Assembly: GCA_016198905.1 (NCBI GenBank) | Contig: JACQHR010000002.1 | Coordinates: 1,418 to 65,417 of the forward strand | DNA length: 64,000 nt | Origin: Candidatus Omnitrophota bacterium | GTDB taxonomy: Bacteria; Omnitrophota; Gorgyraeia; Aquiviventales; Aquiviventaceae | Direction: 5' to 3' | Shown: positions 39,688 to 49,430 of the stretch, piece after piece | Layout: each line of letters opens with the position of its first letter | Position numbering within the stretch: the stretch's first letter is position 1 | Made by a program: the position numbers and the translations under genes | Notes under the pieces: generated by a model | Databases searched by the model: none | What the model was told of the DNA's origin: nothing | Seen by the model: the letters and a program-made list of their open reading frames with translations, nothing else

Positions 39688-40755
39688 GTGTGCGGTTTGT
39701 GCCTGATGGTCGGCGCAGGATGCGGGCGCAAGCCTCCTGCAGCACCCGCACCCGACGCCCCGGCAGCGACGTCCCCCGGCGCATCGAACGGGTCTGCGCC
39801 ATCGACGCAGCCTCCCGCGGCCAAGCCGACGACAGACGCCGCCGCTTCGCCGCACGCCAGCGGATTGACCATCGAACAAGCGCTCGCCGGTCCGGCGCCC
39901 AACGAGCAGACCGTCGGCTACATCTTCAATATTCCCATTCCCCTAGGCAACTACTACTTTGCCAAGCGCGTGCTCTACACCTTTCCGCACCCCTGGGAGG
40001 AGGGTTTGTCTGAAGCCGATCGCGAGCGCATCGTCTGGGAGAACCTCATCTTGCACTACGAGTCCTACCGGCGCAACATCACCGTCTCCGATGAGGAGTT
40101 CGAGAAGCGCATCAACAGCGTCTTGAAGAATCAGCAGCAGGCCTTCACGCGGGCCCAAGACCCGGCGGCCTATGCGGCGTGGGTGCAGGAGACGTTGCAT
40201 GAAGACACCGAATTCTTCGAACAGCAAATGCGCTACCTTCTGCAGATCGACACGCTCAAAGAGCAGGTGCGCGCCACGCTGCCCGTCACCGTGACGGAGG
40301 ACGAGATGCGGCAAGCCTTCCTCAACGAGCAGCATCATGTCGGAGGGGAAATGGTCGCCTTCGAGACTCAGGAGGAGGCGCAGGCGTTCTATGAGCAGGT
40401 CAAGGATCCGGAGGCGTGGGCGCGGATGAAGGCGAAGGGCGACCGCACCATCCGCCCGGTGAGTCTCATGCCGCTGGCAACCTATATGGATCTGTGGAGT
40501 ATCCCTAAGGAGCAGATGTATGCGTTTCACGCGCTCCCGATCGGCGCCATCGGCCCGCCGATGCCCTTCGGCAACCAATGGGGCGTCTACCACTTACTGG
40601 AGAAGCGCGTGGCGAATCTTGAGGAGTTTCCGAGCAAGCAAGATGAGTACTACAAGCAGCTGACGCTCAAGAAACAGTACGAAGCGCTTAAAACATGGAT
40701 CGAGGATTTGAAGCGTTCCGCGCACTTGAAGGTGTTGCCGCTGCCGAAATCATAG
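39688..40755 (+). CDS. Hypothetical lipoprotein (~355 aa). The start codon is uncertain.
   Basis: Candidate lipobox LMVGAGC, followed by a Pro/Ala-rich linker and a conserved-looking C-terminal domain. In-frame GTG at 39688 or ATG at 39706. Confidence 0.45.
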   Translation: MCGLCLMVGAGCGRKPPAAPAPDAPAATSPGASNGSAPSTQPPAAKPTTDAAASPHASGLTIEQALAGPAPNEQTVGYIFNIPIPLGNYYFAKRVLYTFPHPWEEGLSEADRERIVWENLILHYESYRRNITVSDEEFEKRINSVLKNQQQAFTRAQDPAAYAAWVQETLHEDTEFFEQQMRYLLQIDTLKEQVRATLPVTVTEDEMRQAFLNEQHHVGGEMVAFETQEEAQAFYEQVKDPEAWARMKAKGDRTIRPVSLMPLATYMDLWSIPKEQMYAFHALPIGAIGPPMPFGNQWGVYHLLEKRVANLEEFPSKQDEYYKQLTLKKQYEALKTWIEDLKRSAHLKVLPLPKS

Positions 40756-41034
40756 CGCCACCCGATGACGCCGAGGCGCCTTCAGACGGTTGTGGCAGCC
40801 GCAAGGTATCACACGCGGGCGCATGCCGTCGTGGGCTGATAATGGTGGCGACCAGAGACGAAGGATGACGAAGGGAAAAACCATTTGCGCAAGCTTGACG
40901 AATCGTGGCGGAGTCGGGCAGACTTGAGCTAGCCATTCTGTAGTAGGATGGTTGGGCTGCCAGCAGAAGTCGGGATTTGGCGACGCGTCCATCCAATCGG
41001 ATGGGCGCTTTTCTTGTGTATGAGGTGAGGGACG

Positions 41035-41220
41035 ATGCCACAGAACGGTAAAGCGTATCTGACCGTGGAAGAGGTGGCGGCGTACTTTGGCGTCAACGCG
41101 ACGACCGTCTACCGCCTTGTGAAGCAAGGCAGGCTTCCCGCGTTTAAGGTCGGGAATCAATGGCGGTTCAGCCAAAATCGCCTTGAGGAATGGGTCGCAG
41201 ACCGAGAGCGCATCGGATGA
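41035..41220 (+). CDS. Excisionase/MerR-family helix-turn-helix DNA-binding protein (61 aa)
   Basis: LTVEEVAAYFGVNATTVYRLVKQGRLPAFKVGNQWRF is the excisionase-family HTH_17 pattern. Confidence 0.65.
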   Translation: MPQNGKAYLTVEEVAAYFGVNATTVYRLVKQGRLPAFKVGNQWRFSQNRLEEWVADRERIG

Positions 41221-43211
41221 GTCGTGGCATCACAAAGCGGACAGGAGCGATCCGTACGCGGCACTATTCGCTTCGCGAACGAATCGATGTCTTGGCCGGA
41301 GGCATGCTCTTCCTCGTTGTGCTTGGCGGGTGTCTCGCGTTAGAGTCGACCCAGCGGCAGCATCGGCATACACAATTGATGGGGGCGATCTATGAGCAGA
41401 GACAACTTGCGCAAGAGTTGATCGTGGCCGGCGATATCCTGGCAGGGGCGGATCCTGAGAGGCGGCGCGTTGCACGCACTTGGGTGCAGACGTTTCGCGA
41501 AGATGCCGAGCAACTGCGCCAGCACCTGCGTGTGTTTCGTGACGGCGGAGTGTTGCTGCGCAGCGGTGGCGAGGTGCTCCTCATCCCCGCGTCGGGCGAT
41601 GCGCGCATCATGGAAGCCGTGAACCAGACGTTGGCGCAACTCGAGCACTACCGCCTGCAGATCGAAGAGGACCTGCAGGCTGCGGGATCATCGCGCTCAC
41701 CACCACCGGCTACGATCTACCGATACGGTGAGGAGCTTCAAGCGCATCTGCGGACGCTTGGCGCGACGACGGAAAGCCGTTCGTTGACGCAGGTCGTGCA
41801 GATGAGCCAGGTGCAGTTAGCCGTGATGGGTGTGGGCATCCTCGTGTTTCTGGCGGCGGTCTTCTTCCTGAGACGGGCGTTGACCATTCCATTGCACCGT
41901 ATGGCCGATGGCATCGAGGCGATGCGGCAGACCGGACGCTTGATGAAGCTTCCGGTGATGCAGACGAATGAACTCGGGGTGGTCGCCGCCGCATTTAACC
42001 AACTCGCGGCGGAGGTTGAAGAGCACAAACAACGGTTACGGGAACACATCGTGGAGTTACAACGAACGAACACAGAGCTCGATCAGCTCGCGAACCTCAA
42101 GGACGATTTTCTCACGACGGTCAACCACCAACTGCGCACGCCGCTGACGGCCATCATGGGAAGCGCAGAGTTGCTCGTCGAAGGAGTCTCAGGTTACGTG
42201 ACGCAGGACCAGCACGTCCTGCTCAAGACGGTGCACGCAAACGCGGTACATTTGAATCATCTCATCAAAGAGGTGTTGGAGCTCTCACTCCTCACATCTG
42301 GGCGGCGTCCGCTCCATCGCGAACCGGGGGATCTGGAGGGCGTGTTGCGGCAGGCCGATACGCGATGGCGCGCGGCGACACGGGCTCAGTCGCTTCACAC
42401 GACCTGCCCTGCCTTGCCGAAGGTCTACATGGATACGGAAGCCATTGGCGAAGTGATGGACCATCTGTTGCACAATGCGATTCGGCATACGCCTGACCAC
42501 GGCACCATCACGGTTCACGCACAGGCGACCTCCCACGCCGTCCGAATCTCGGTCACGGACCAAGGCCCAGGGCTCTCGCCGCAGCAATTGGATCGGCTCT
42601 TTCAACCTTTTGGCCATGTGCACACGCCAGATTCCCCGGGCTCCCAAGGGGGCGGGCTGGGTTTGGCGTTCTGCAAGCAAATCATTCAACGGCACTACGG
42701 GACGATCGAGGCGGCGTCGAGAGAAGGGCAGGGGACGACCGTCACGTTCACCCTGCCGATTGTTTCGGCGACGTTTCTCTTTGAGGAAGCCTGCCGAGCG
42801 GTTCATGATGAGGCCACACACGATCACTGCACTATGGCCGCGCTGCTCGTGACGCCGATGTCGAGGGAACAGGGAGCGCCTCGCGTCGGGGAGAGCTTGC
42901 TGCATCAGGCGCAGACCGTGATGCGCCGCAGCACGCACAAGGGGGATAGGTTCGTGTGGATAGACGACGACGCGTTTGTGATCGTGGCCGCGACCGATCA
43001 GCTCGGATTGCAAGCGCTCATGAAACGACTGACCGGGATCATGGAGGCGCAACACCTGCAGATCTGTATGCGTGCTGCGCTGATGTCGCCCGAGGGTCAG
43101 ACGCCAGAGCAGTTGCTTGCGAGTGTGCGAGCACGCGGATGCGACATTCATGCGACGCACGCGCCGGTCTACGCAAGCGCATCAGTAGGCAGGAGGCCTG
43201 AACGATGCTGA
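41217..43211 (+). CDS. Sensor histidine kinase (TM, HAMP, HisKA, HATPase_c) with a ~170-aa C-terminal domain of unknown, possibly degenerate GGDEF-like type
   Basis: TM LFLVVLGGCLAL plus a second TM, H-box (NHQLRTPLTAIMG) and G-boxes. The C-terminal GDRFVWIDDDAFVIVAA is reminiscent of a degenerate GGDEF. The start overlaps the upstream stop (ATGA). Confidence 0.75.
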   Translation: MSRGITKRTGAIRTRHYSLRERIDVLAGGMLFLVVLGGCLALESTQRQHRHTQLMGAIYEQRQLAQELIVAGDILAGADPERRRVARTWVQTFREDAEQLRQHLRVFRDGGVLLRSGGEVLLIPASGDARIMEAVNQTLAQLEHYRLQIEEDLQAAGSSRSPPPATIYRYGEELQAHLRTLGATTESRSLTQVVQMSQVQLAVMGVGILVFLAAVFFLRRALTIPLHRMADGIEAMRQTGRLMKLPVMQTNELGVVAAAFNQLAAEVEEHKQRLREHIVELQRTNTELDQLANLKDDFLTTVNHQLRTPLTAIMGSAELLVEGVSGYVTQDQHVLLKTVHANAVHLNHLIKEVLELSLLTSGRRPLHREPGDLEGVLRQADTRWRAATRAQSLHTTCPALPKVYMDTEAIGEVMDHLLHNAIRHTPDHGTITVHAQATSHAVRISVTDQGPGLSPQQLDRLFQPFGHVHTPDSPGSQGGGLGLAFCKQIIQRHYGTIEAASREGQGTTVTFTLPIVSATFLFEEACRAVHDEATHDHCTMAALLVTPMSREQGAPRVGESLLHQAQTVMRRSTHKGDRFVWIDDDAFVIVAATDQLGLQALMKRLTGIMEAQHLQICMRAALMSPEGQTPEQLLASVRARGCDIHATHAPVYASASVGRRPERC

Positions 43212-43338
43212 TACAGCAGATGCGCGACCGGCAACATCTAGGGTCGCACACGAACTCACGTTCAAGAGCTATCGGAGCGGATGCGGGGTCAGATCGCGCC
43301 CTCAGCGGCTGCGTCTACCCCATCGAGGGAGGACACAG

Positions 43339-43758
43339 ATGAGTGACATGCCACCGACGGGCAAGAAGATTCTGATTATCGACGATACGAAAGATATCTT
43401 GTTTGTCGTGTCCCGCCGCCTCAAGAGCTGGGGCTATGAACCCCTGATCGCGGAGAGCGGCGAGGAAGGCCTGCGCATCGTGGAGGAGCGTGCCCCGGAC
43501 CTCATCCTCCTCGATATCATGATGCCCAAGATGAAAGGGCGCGACGTCTGCGCCCGTCTGAAGGCCAACCCCAAGACCGCGCACATCCCGATCATCTTCC
43601 TCACGGCGTTGGGGCTGGCGGATCATATCAAGGCGGGCATGGATTTGGGCGCGGAGGATTACATCGTGAAACCCTTTGAGCCGGCGGAGCTCAAAGAGCG
43701 CATCTCCATTGTGCTGGCGCGGTACGACCAACCGTCCGCACCGAACACGCAAACGTAA
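43339..43758 (+). CDS. Single-domain CheY-like response regulator
   Basis: KILIIDD...DLILLDIMMP...K at the usual position. Receiver domain only. Confidence 0.85.
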   Translation: MSDMPPTGKKILIIDDTKDILFVVSRRLKSWGYEPLIAESGEEGLRIVEERAPDLILLDIMMPKMKGRDVCARLKANPKTAHIPIIFLTALGLADHIKAGMDLGAEDYIVKPFEPAELKERISIVLARYDQPSAPNTQT

Positions 43759-43884
43759 CCAGAGGCACCGCATGGACTGTGAGATACGACGCGCATGGCT
43801 GTGCCGCGCGCACGCAGAGCGGCGACCCTTCGACCCGCGCCTCGATAATTACAAGATGCTGCAGAGCCGGTTGAACCTAGAGGG

Positions 43885-44340
43885 GTGATGAAGCGGACTG
43901 TGCGAGCGTTGACCTTGATCGAGATCATCATCGTGATCGTGGTGATCGCGATTCTCGTCGGCGTGCTCTTGCCGCAGTTTCGCGGCACCCAGGACGAAGA
44001 GGCCACGCAACGGGCGCGGTCCGAGCTGCGCACGATTGCCACCGCGATCGAATCGTATTACATCCACAACGGCAACACACTCCCAACAACCCTCTCGGCG
44101 CTCACGTCGGCCACCCCGCGCATGATGACGACCGTGCCGGATGACCCGTTTCGCTCCGGCAGCAACGACTATACGCTCTACAAGGATACGAACGGCGTGT
44201 ACTACACGGTCTTCTCCTATGGCCCTGATCGCGCCGCCGGGATTACCGGCATCAGCACTACCGGAGCCCTCACCGGAACGGTGGGCGATGACATCTGCGT
44301 AACGAATGGCACGAGCGCAGGCGGCACGAGTACGTGTTAG
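43885..44340 (+). CDS. Prepilin-type N-terminal domain protein (pseudopilin/type IV pilin-like)
   Basis: ALTLIEIIIVIVVIAILVGVL is a class III signal with a hydrophobic helix and the conserved Glu at +5 (atypical Ala at -1). Confidence 0.6.
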   Translation: MMKRTVRALTLIEIIIVIVVIAILVGVLLPQFRGTQDEEATQRARSELRTIATAIESYYIHNGNTLPTTLSALTSATPRMMTTVPDDPFRSGSNDYTLYKDTNGVYYTVFSYGPDRAAGITGISTTGALTGTVGDDICVTNGTSAGGTSTC

Positions 44341-44396
44341 GACGCGCGGCTTCACGGCAGCTTTCCTTTTGGGCGGGTTCTGCTAGAATCAACGAG

Positions 44397-45545
44397 ATGC
44401 GCCATATCGTCCGTGCCGTCAGCGTCCTCCTTGCGGCTGCGACCATTGGCTGCGCCGGGTACTGCCCGGTGCGGTGGCCGAAGCGCGAGCTCTGGGCCTC
44501 AAGCGTGGCCTCTCCCCCACCGATCCGGCTGCCGGCCACAGCTCCGTCTGATGGCGCTGACGTCATGCGCAAGGAAGGGGTCGCAGTCGTCGCCAGGCTG
44601 CTCAATCCCGCTCAGACGCGCCAGGTCTTCCATGCGCACCTCGTGCGCAACGGCGCGCAGCCGCTGGTGCTTTCCATCAGCAACGACAGCGATCAGCCGT
44701 ACCATTTTCGCAAAGGCGACGTCGATCCCCGCTACATTCCTGCGACGCGCGCCGCGCGATGGGCCGTGGTACATCCTGCCATCACGGCGACCCGTCTTGT
44801 CTCCTGGATGGTGATGATCGTGCCGGGCCTGCTTTTTGAATGCCTCATCGAACCGTTGACGACGCTGGATTTTCCCGGGGTGGAAGAGGCCTCCCAGCGC
44901 CCGTCGGCACCCAACAACCGAACGATCCGAGAGGACTTCATCCGGCAGGAGATCGCGGATGGAGACATCGGGCCCCGCGAGCAACGCACCGGCGTGCTGT
45001 TCCTGCGTCCGCCCAAACTCGGCCGGGTCATTCCGGTCACGCTGATCAACGCGCACACGCAGCAGCCGCTCATCTTCGAGGTCCACACGCCCGCGTCGGT
45101 GTACGTGGATGAGCGGATCTATCCCTATCCGTCCGCACGGGTCTGGGAGGCGGTCGCGAAGACGGTGAAGGGCATCGCCAGTTGGCGCGTCACCTCCAGC
45201 GATCAAGCCTCCGGCCGCATCACCGTGAAGACCGGCACGGGATTCTGGCGATGGTCGACGCGCACACAGATTACGCTGACCGTCGAAGCCGTGGATGCGC
45301 AGCACACGCGCGTTCGAGTGGAACGCACGCTGCGAGGCGACGATACGCGCGCCCTCGGCCGGCCCACCCCGACGATTGAGCGGCTGATATCCGAACTGGA
45401 AGCACTGCTGCCGCGCGCGCCATCGACTCGCTCGACCTCTCGTGGCGCGTCGCTCGACGACCTCCAAGATGACCAGCCGCCTGCGTCAGACCAGCCGCCC
45501 GATGACGTTTCCGGCGATGGCGCGTCGACCCCGCACACCGAGTAA
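44397..45545 (+). CDS. Hypothetical lipoprotein
   Basis: Signal peptide with lipobox AATIGC. Acidic Pro-rich C-terminus. Confidence 0.45.
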   Translation: MRHIVRAVSVLLAAATIGCAGYCPVRWPKRELWASSVASPPPIRLPATAPSDGADVMRKEGVAVVARLLNPAQTRQVFHAHLVRNGAQPLVLSISNDSDQPYHFRKGDVDPRYIPATRAARWAVVHPAITATRLVSWMVMIVPGLLFECLIEPLTTLDFPGVEEASQRPSAPNNRTIREDFIRQEIADGDIGPREQRTGVLFLRPPKLGRVIPVTLINAHTQQPLIFEVHTPASVYVDERIYPYPSARVWEAVAKTVKGIASWRVTSSDQASGRITVKTGTGFWRWSTRTQITLTVEAVDAQHTRVRVERTLRGDDTRALGRPTPTIERLISELEALLPRAPSTRSTSRGASLDDLQDDQPPASDQPPDDVSGDGASTPHTE

Positions 45546-45751
45546 CACCCATCTCAACTCCTCGCGCCCGGGCCACGCACAGGCTGCGGGAGGTCGCGGG
45601 AGGGACGCCAACGCCTTCGTGATCGTCGCCGGTCTTCGTGCCCCGCGTTGCGCGTCCCGCGCGTCGTGCACGTGTGAAGCGTGCCGCGCGCACGGTCCCC
45701 TCGCGACACGTCGTCCGGTTCGTGCAAAGGACACACGCAGGAGGGAGGGTC

Positions 45752-46069
45752 ATGATGCATGCCGCGTTGGTGGTGGGAGCCTATGGAGTGTTCACCGTGA
45801 TCGGTGGCGTCATTGGATACGTGAAGGCGAAGAGCCGCGCCTCACTGGTCGCCGGATGCGTTTTCGGAGCTGCCCTGATAGCCGGGGCGTACGGCGTAGC
45901 CCAAGACTCGGTTCCCGCCGCGGTGGCCAGCATGGCGGTGGCCCTCATGTTGGGGATGCGCTTCGTGCGCGTGTGGCAGCGGCAGCATCGCGTCATGCCG
46001 GATCTCCTGATGGTGCTGCTGAGCCTCGCGACGCTCGTGACGGTGGGGCTGCATCTGACGCGTCGGTGA
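45752..46069 (+). CDS. Small integral membrane protein (TMEM14/UPF0136-like, 4 TM)
   Basis: RBS GGAGGGAGGG. Glycine-rich TM helices. Confidence 0.45.
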   Translation: MMHAALVVGAYGVFTVIGGVIGYVKAKSRASLVAGCVFGAALIAGAYGVAQDSVPAAVASMAVALMLGMRFVRVWQRQHRVMPDLLMVLLSLATLVTVGLHLTRR

Positions 46070-46171
46070 TGGGCGCCCGCTGAGTCGACGCGTCGGATGG
46101 CGGCGGAAGCCTTATGTCTCCAGTCGTGAGCGACCGTGTTCTGGTCGAGACATTGTGTATATAATAACCGT

Positions 46172-47443
46172 ATGACGCTTGACGCGGATGCGGAGCGCAG
46201 AGCGCTTCGCACGAAACTGGAAAAACTCGAGTTGGCCATCAGCGCGGTCATCGATCCGATCGTGTGGGTGGATGCGCAGGGCCGCATTGAATGGTTCAGC
46301 GCGCCGTTTCGCCGTCTCGTTGAAAAGGCCGATACGGAACTCCTCGGCGCCATGCTCCTGACGGTGCTGCCGCTGGAAGAGCGCGGCCAACTACTCCCGG
46401 AGGGCGCGCATCCCGTGTTGCGTGCGCTGCACGGCCAGCCCAACGCGATGGGCCACTATGAATTCCGCCGCAGCGACCGGACCGCGATCCTGGAAATCCT
46501 CGCGGCGCGCGTGCAAGTCAGCAAGCAGGAGCTGAGCACCGTCGTCGCGATTCGCGACGTGACCGAGCGCAAGCAAGCCGAGGAGCTCGTCAAACGGCTC
46601 GCCGCCGCGGCGACGTTATCCGCGGAAGCCGAGCGCCGGCGCGCGGCAGAGCTCGACAAAGCCTACCAAGAATTGAAAGAAACGCAGGCGATGCTCGTCC
46701 AGGCCGAAAAGATGGCGGCGGTGGGGCAATTGGCGAGCGGCATCGCGCATGAAGTGAAGAATCCTCTCGGCATCATCCTGCAAGGCGTCAGCTACCTCGA
46801 GCTGGAGATTACGCCAGAACAGGGGAAGCTCCACGAAGTGCTGCAGATGATGAAGGAAGCGGTGCGGCGGTCGGATAAGATCGTGCGCGATCTCTTGAAC
46901 TTCTCCCGCCAAGCCCCCCTCGTCTCAAAGCCGGAAGATATGGCGACCGTCATCAACGATGCCCTCAATCTGGTGGAGAAGCAGCTCACGCTGAAAGACA
47001 TCACGGTCACGCGGGCGTACGCTCCCAATCTCCCGGCGGTCCTCATCGACGATAATCAGATGAAACAAGTCCTCATCAATATTATCCTCAACGCGCTGCA
47101 CGCGATGCCCAACGGCGGGGAGCTGACGCTGCGGCTCTTTCTGAAGCAGCTCGACCAGGGCCAGCCTGGGGTTGGCCGACGCACGAGCGACGTGTTCAAG
47201 CTCGGCCAAACCGTGCTGGTCTGCGAGATCGCGGATACCGGCACCGGCATTCCGGAAGACGTCCTCGGCAAAGTCTTCGACCCGTTTTTCACCACGAAAC
47301 CCGCGGGAGAAGGCACCGGATTAGGGTTGGCCATTACGCGAGAGATCGTGGAGCGCCATCGCGGGCGCATCGAGATCGCCAGCCAGAAAGGCCGCGGGAC
47401 GACGCTCAAGATCACCTTGCCGATTTACGAGGCGCCGGCATGA
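46172..47443 (+). CDS. Cytoplasmic PAS-domain sensor histidine kinase
   Basis: PAS-like N-terminus, coiled coil, H-box (HEVKNPLGII) and N/G boxes (GTGLGLAITREIV). Confidence 0.85.
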   Translation: MTLDADAERRALRTKLEKLELAISAVIDPIVWVDAQGRIEWFSAPFRRLVEKADTELLGAMLLTVLPLEERGQLLPEGAHPVLRALHGQPNAMGHYEFRRSDRTAILEILAARVQVSKQELSTVVAIRDVTERKQAEELVKRLAAAATLSAEAERRRAAELDKAYQELKETQAMLVQAEKMAAVGQLASGIAHEVKNPLGIILQGVSYLELEITPEQGKLHEVLQMMKEAVRRSDKIVRDLLNFSRQAPLVSKPEDMATVINDALNLVEKQLTLKDITVTRAYAPNLPAVLIDDNQMKQVLINIILNALHAMPNGGELTLRLFLKQLDQGQPGVGRRTSDVFKLGQTVLVCEIADTGTGIPEDVLGKVFDPFFTTKPAGEGTGLGLAITREIVERHRGRIEIASQKGRGTTLKITLPIYEAPA

Positions 47444-47829
47444 GCAAGAAGCGGATCCTCATCATCGATGACGAGAAGGATCTCTGCAACATCACGAAGC
47501 TCAACCTCGAGCGGACCGGTGAGTACGATGTGACGACCGCCTATTCCGGACGCGAAGGGCTGAAGAAAGCGAACGCCGGGGCGTTCGACCTGGTCATCAC
47601 GGACTTCAAGATGCCGGGCATGGACGGCCGACAGGTGCTGGAAGCGCTCAAGGCGATGCGGCCGCATGCGCCCGTGGTGCTCTTTTCCGTCTACCATGAT
47701 GATCCGGAGACGGTGACGATCGACATCCAGACCAAGGCCGACGGGGTGATTCACAAGCCGATCGATCATGAACAGCTGTGCCGGGTGATCCACGACGTGC
47801 TTGGAGGCCAGGAGCCGACGCCGTCGTGA
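47440..47829 (+). CDS. Single-domain response regulator (receiver)
   Basis: RILIIDDE...DLVITDFKMPGMDG...K. The start overlaps the HK stop. Confidence 0.85.
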   Translation: MSKKRILIIDDEKDLCNITKLNLERTGEYDVTTAYSGREGLKKANAGAFDLVITDFKMPGMDGRQVLEALKAMRPHAPVVLFSVYHDDPETVTIDIQTKADGVIHKPIDHEQLCRVIHDVLGGQEPTPS

Positions 47830-47869
47830 CGTAAAGCCGCGCGAACCAGCGTCGAGGACGAACAAGCCC

Positions 47870-48274
47870 ATGATGGAGCAACACGCCGGACGCACCATTC
47901 TCGTCATTGACGATGAAGTCAATGCGCGCAAGCTCGCCAAGATGCTGCTTGAGCGCGAGGGATTTACGGTCTTCACGGCGGGCAACGGCGAGGAGGGGCT
48001 CACACTCGCCAAGGTGGAGCGGCCCGACGTCATTCTCTTGGACCTCATCATGCCCAAAATGAGCGGCCACGAAGTCCTTCAGCGGCTCAAGCAAGATCCG
48101 GACACGCGCGCCATCTCCATCATTGTGCTGACGGCCAAAGTGGCGGATCGAGACATCGCCACGTCCTTTCGGTTGGGCGCGGCCTTCCATCTCGAGAAGC
48201 CCTACGAAGTGAAGGACCTCATCCAAAAGATTTACGCCGCCCTCGCGCTGGGGCGGCAAGAGGGTTCCGTGTAA
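47870..48274 (+). CDS. Single-domain response regulator (receiver)
   Basis: TILVIDDE...DVILLDLIMPKMSG...LTAK. Confidence 0.85.
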   Translation: MMEQHAGRTILVIDDEVNARKLAKMLLEREGFTVFTAGNGEEGLTLAKVERPDVILLDLIMPKMSGHEVLQRLKQDPDTRAISIIVLTAKVADRDIATSFRLGAAFHLEKPYEVKDLIQKIYAALALGRQEGSV

Positions 48275-48308
48275 ATGCAGAGCAGGGCACCGGGTGTCAA
48301 CAAGCAGC

Positions 48309-48337
48309 TTGACAAGATTTTCTTTTTAATATATATT
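48309..48337 (+). promoter_or_regulatory. Strong sigma70 promoter (TTGACA-17-TATATT) in an AT-rich islet, predicting a near-leaderless transcript
   Basis: TTGACA 48309-48314 and TATATT 48332-48337. The surrounding ~90 bp is AT-rich against the ~66% GC background. An imperfect inverted repeat TATTTTCAC...GTGAAAAATA spans 48334-48376. Confidence 0.5.
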
Positions 48338-48348
48338 TTCACGGATCA

Positions 48349-49428
48349 ATGAAAACATTCAATATAGTGAAAAATATGGGATCAGCCAGAACACGGCTCG
48401 CGACAGACTTCCTCGGCGCGCTGCCGCGCTTGCTGTCCTCGCTCACCGTTACACAGACCAGCGTGCAGCGAGGTGCCCGCACCGCACCGGAGCTGCTGGT
48501 GAAGGTCGTCACGCCGGCCGGCCACACACGGACTCTGTGTGTTGAGGTCAGAGCCGCCGCGACGCCGAATCGCATTCCTGAGGCGCTGCGACAGCTTGTC
48601 CAGGCGCATCCATCCAAGAAGACGTATCGCGTGTTGGGGGCGGTGTTTTTAAGTCCCCGCGCGCGCCAACTCTGTCGTGAGCATGGGGTAGGATACTTGG
48701 ACCTGGCGGGCAACTGCTTTCTCCGGTGGGAAGGATTCCATCTGGAGAAAATCGTGGACAAGAACCCGTTTCCCGCGCGCGGGCGCCCGTCATCGCTCTT
48801 TACGGCCATCTCCAGCCGCATCGTGCGGGCCATGCTGGAAGAACCCACGCGGGTATGGCGCGTGAATGCGCTGGCGGCGGCGACCGACGTGAGCCTGGGG
48901 CACATCTCCAACGTGACCCGGCGTCTGGTGGACGAACGCTACGCGGTCAAAACAAGCGGGGGATTGCAGCTCGCTCAGCCGGGCACCTTGCTGGATGCGT
49001 GGCGCGAGTCGTATACCATCGAGCAGCATCTCGGACGAGGATACTACAGCTTCGAGCGGGATCCGGAGCAGCTCATGGCGCGCGTGGCGTCCGTCGCCCA
49101 AGCCCATCAATGGCGCTATGCGCTGACGTCGTTCGGAGCGGCAGCGTTGGTCGCCCCGTTCGTCCACGGCGTGGCGACGCGGCAATGGTATGTGCAAGAC
49201 AGCGCGGCGGAGCAGGCGTGGGTGCAGGCGTTGGATCTGCGTCCGGCTGAAGCCGGGCCCAACGTCATCCTGCGCATGCCGGCTGATGCGGGCGTCTTCT
49301 ATCGAGCGCGAGCCGTCAACACCATCCAGATCGTGGGCGCGATTCAACTCTATCTCGATCTGTATCGCGATCCGGCGCGCGGCCAGGAGCAGGCGGAGTT
49401 TCTGCGCAAGAAACTCTTGAAGTATTAA
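48349..49428 (+). CDS. Putative AbiEi-like antitoxin/transcriptional regulator partner of the downstream nucleotidyltransferase (assignment by context)
   Basis: A 359-aa ORF immediately upstream (2-bp gap) of an AbiEii-family NTase and driven by the AT-rich promoter. No motif is confidently recognised. Start is either 48349 or 48376. Confidence 0.4.
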   Translation: MKTFNIVKNMGSARTRLATDFLGALPRLLSSLTVTQTSVQRGARTAPELLVKVVTPAGHTRTLCVEVRAAATPNRIPEALRQLVQAHPSKKTYRVLGAVFLSPRARQLCREHGVGYLDLAGNCFLRWEGFHLEKIVDKNPFPARGRPSSLFTAISSRIVRAMLEEPTRVWRVNALAAATDVSLGHISNVTRRLVDERYAVKTSGGLQLAQPGTLLDAWRESYTIEQHLGRGYYSFERDPEQLMARVASVAQAHQWRYALTSFGAAALVAPFVHGVATRQWYVQDSAAEQAWVQALDLRPAEAGPNVILRMPADAGVFYRARAVNTIQIVGAIQLYLDLYRDPARGQEQAEFLRKKLLKY

Positions 49429-49430
49429 CG

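Noticed and set aside
44499-45467. 322-aa minus-strand ORF antisense to the 44397 lipoprotein gene
   Set aside because: Less certain because the plus-strand gene is itself hypothetical. However, the plus ORF has a clean lipoprotein signal and RBS, and the minus ORF is Arg-rich.
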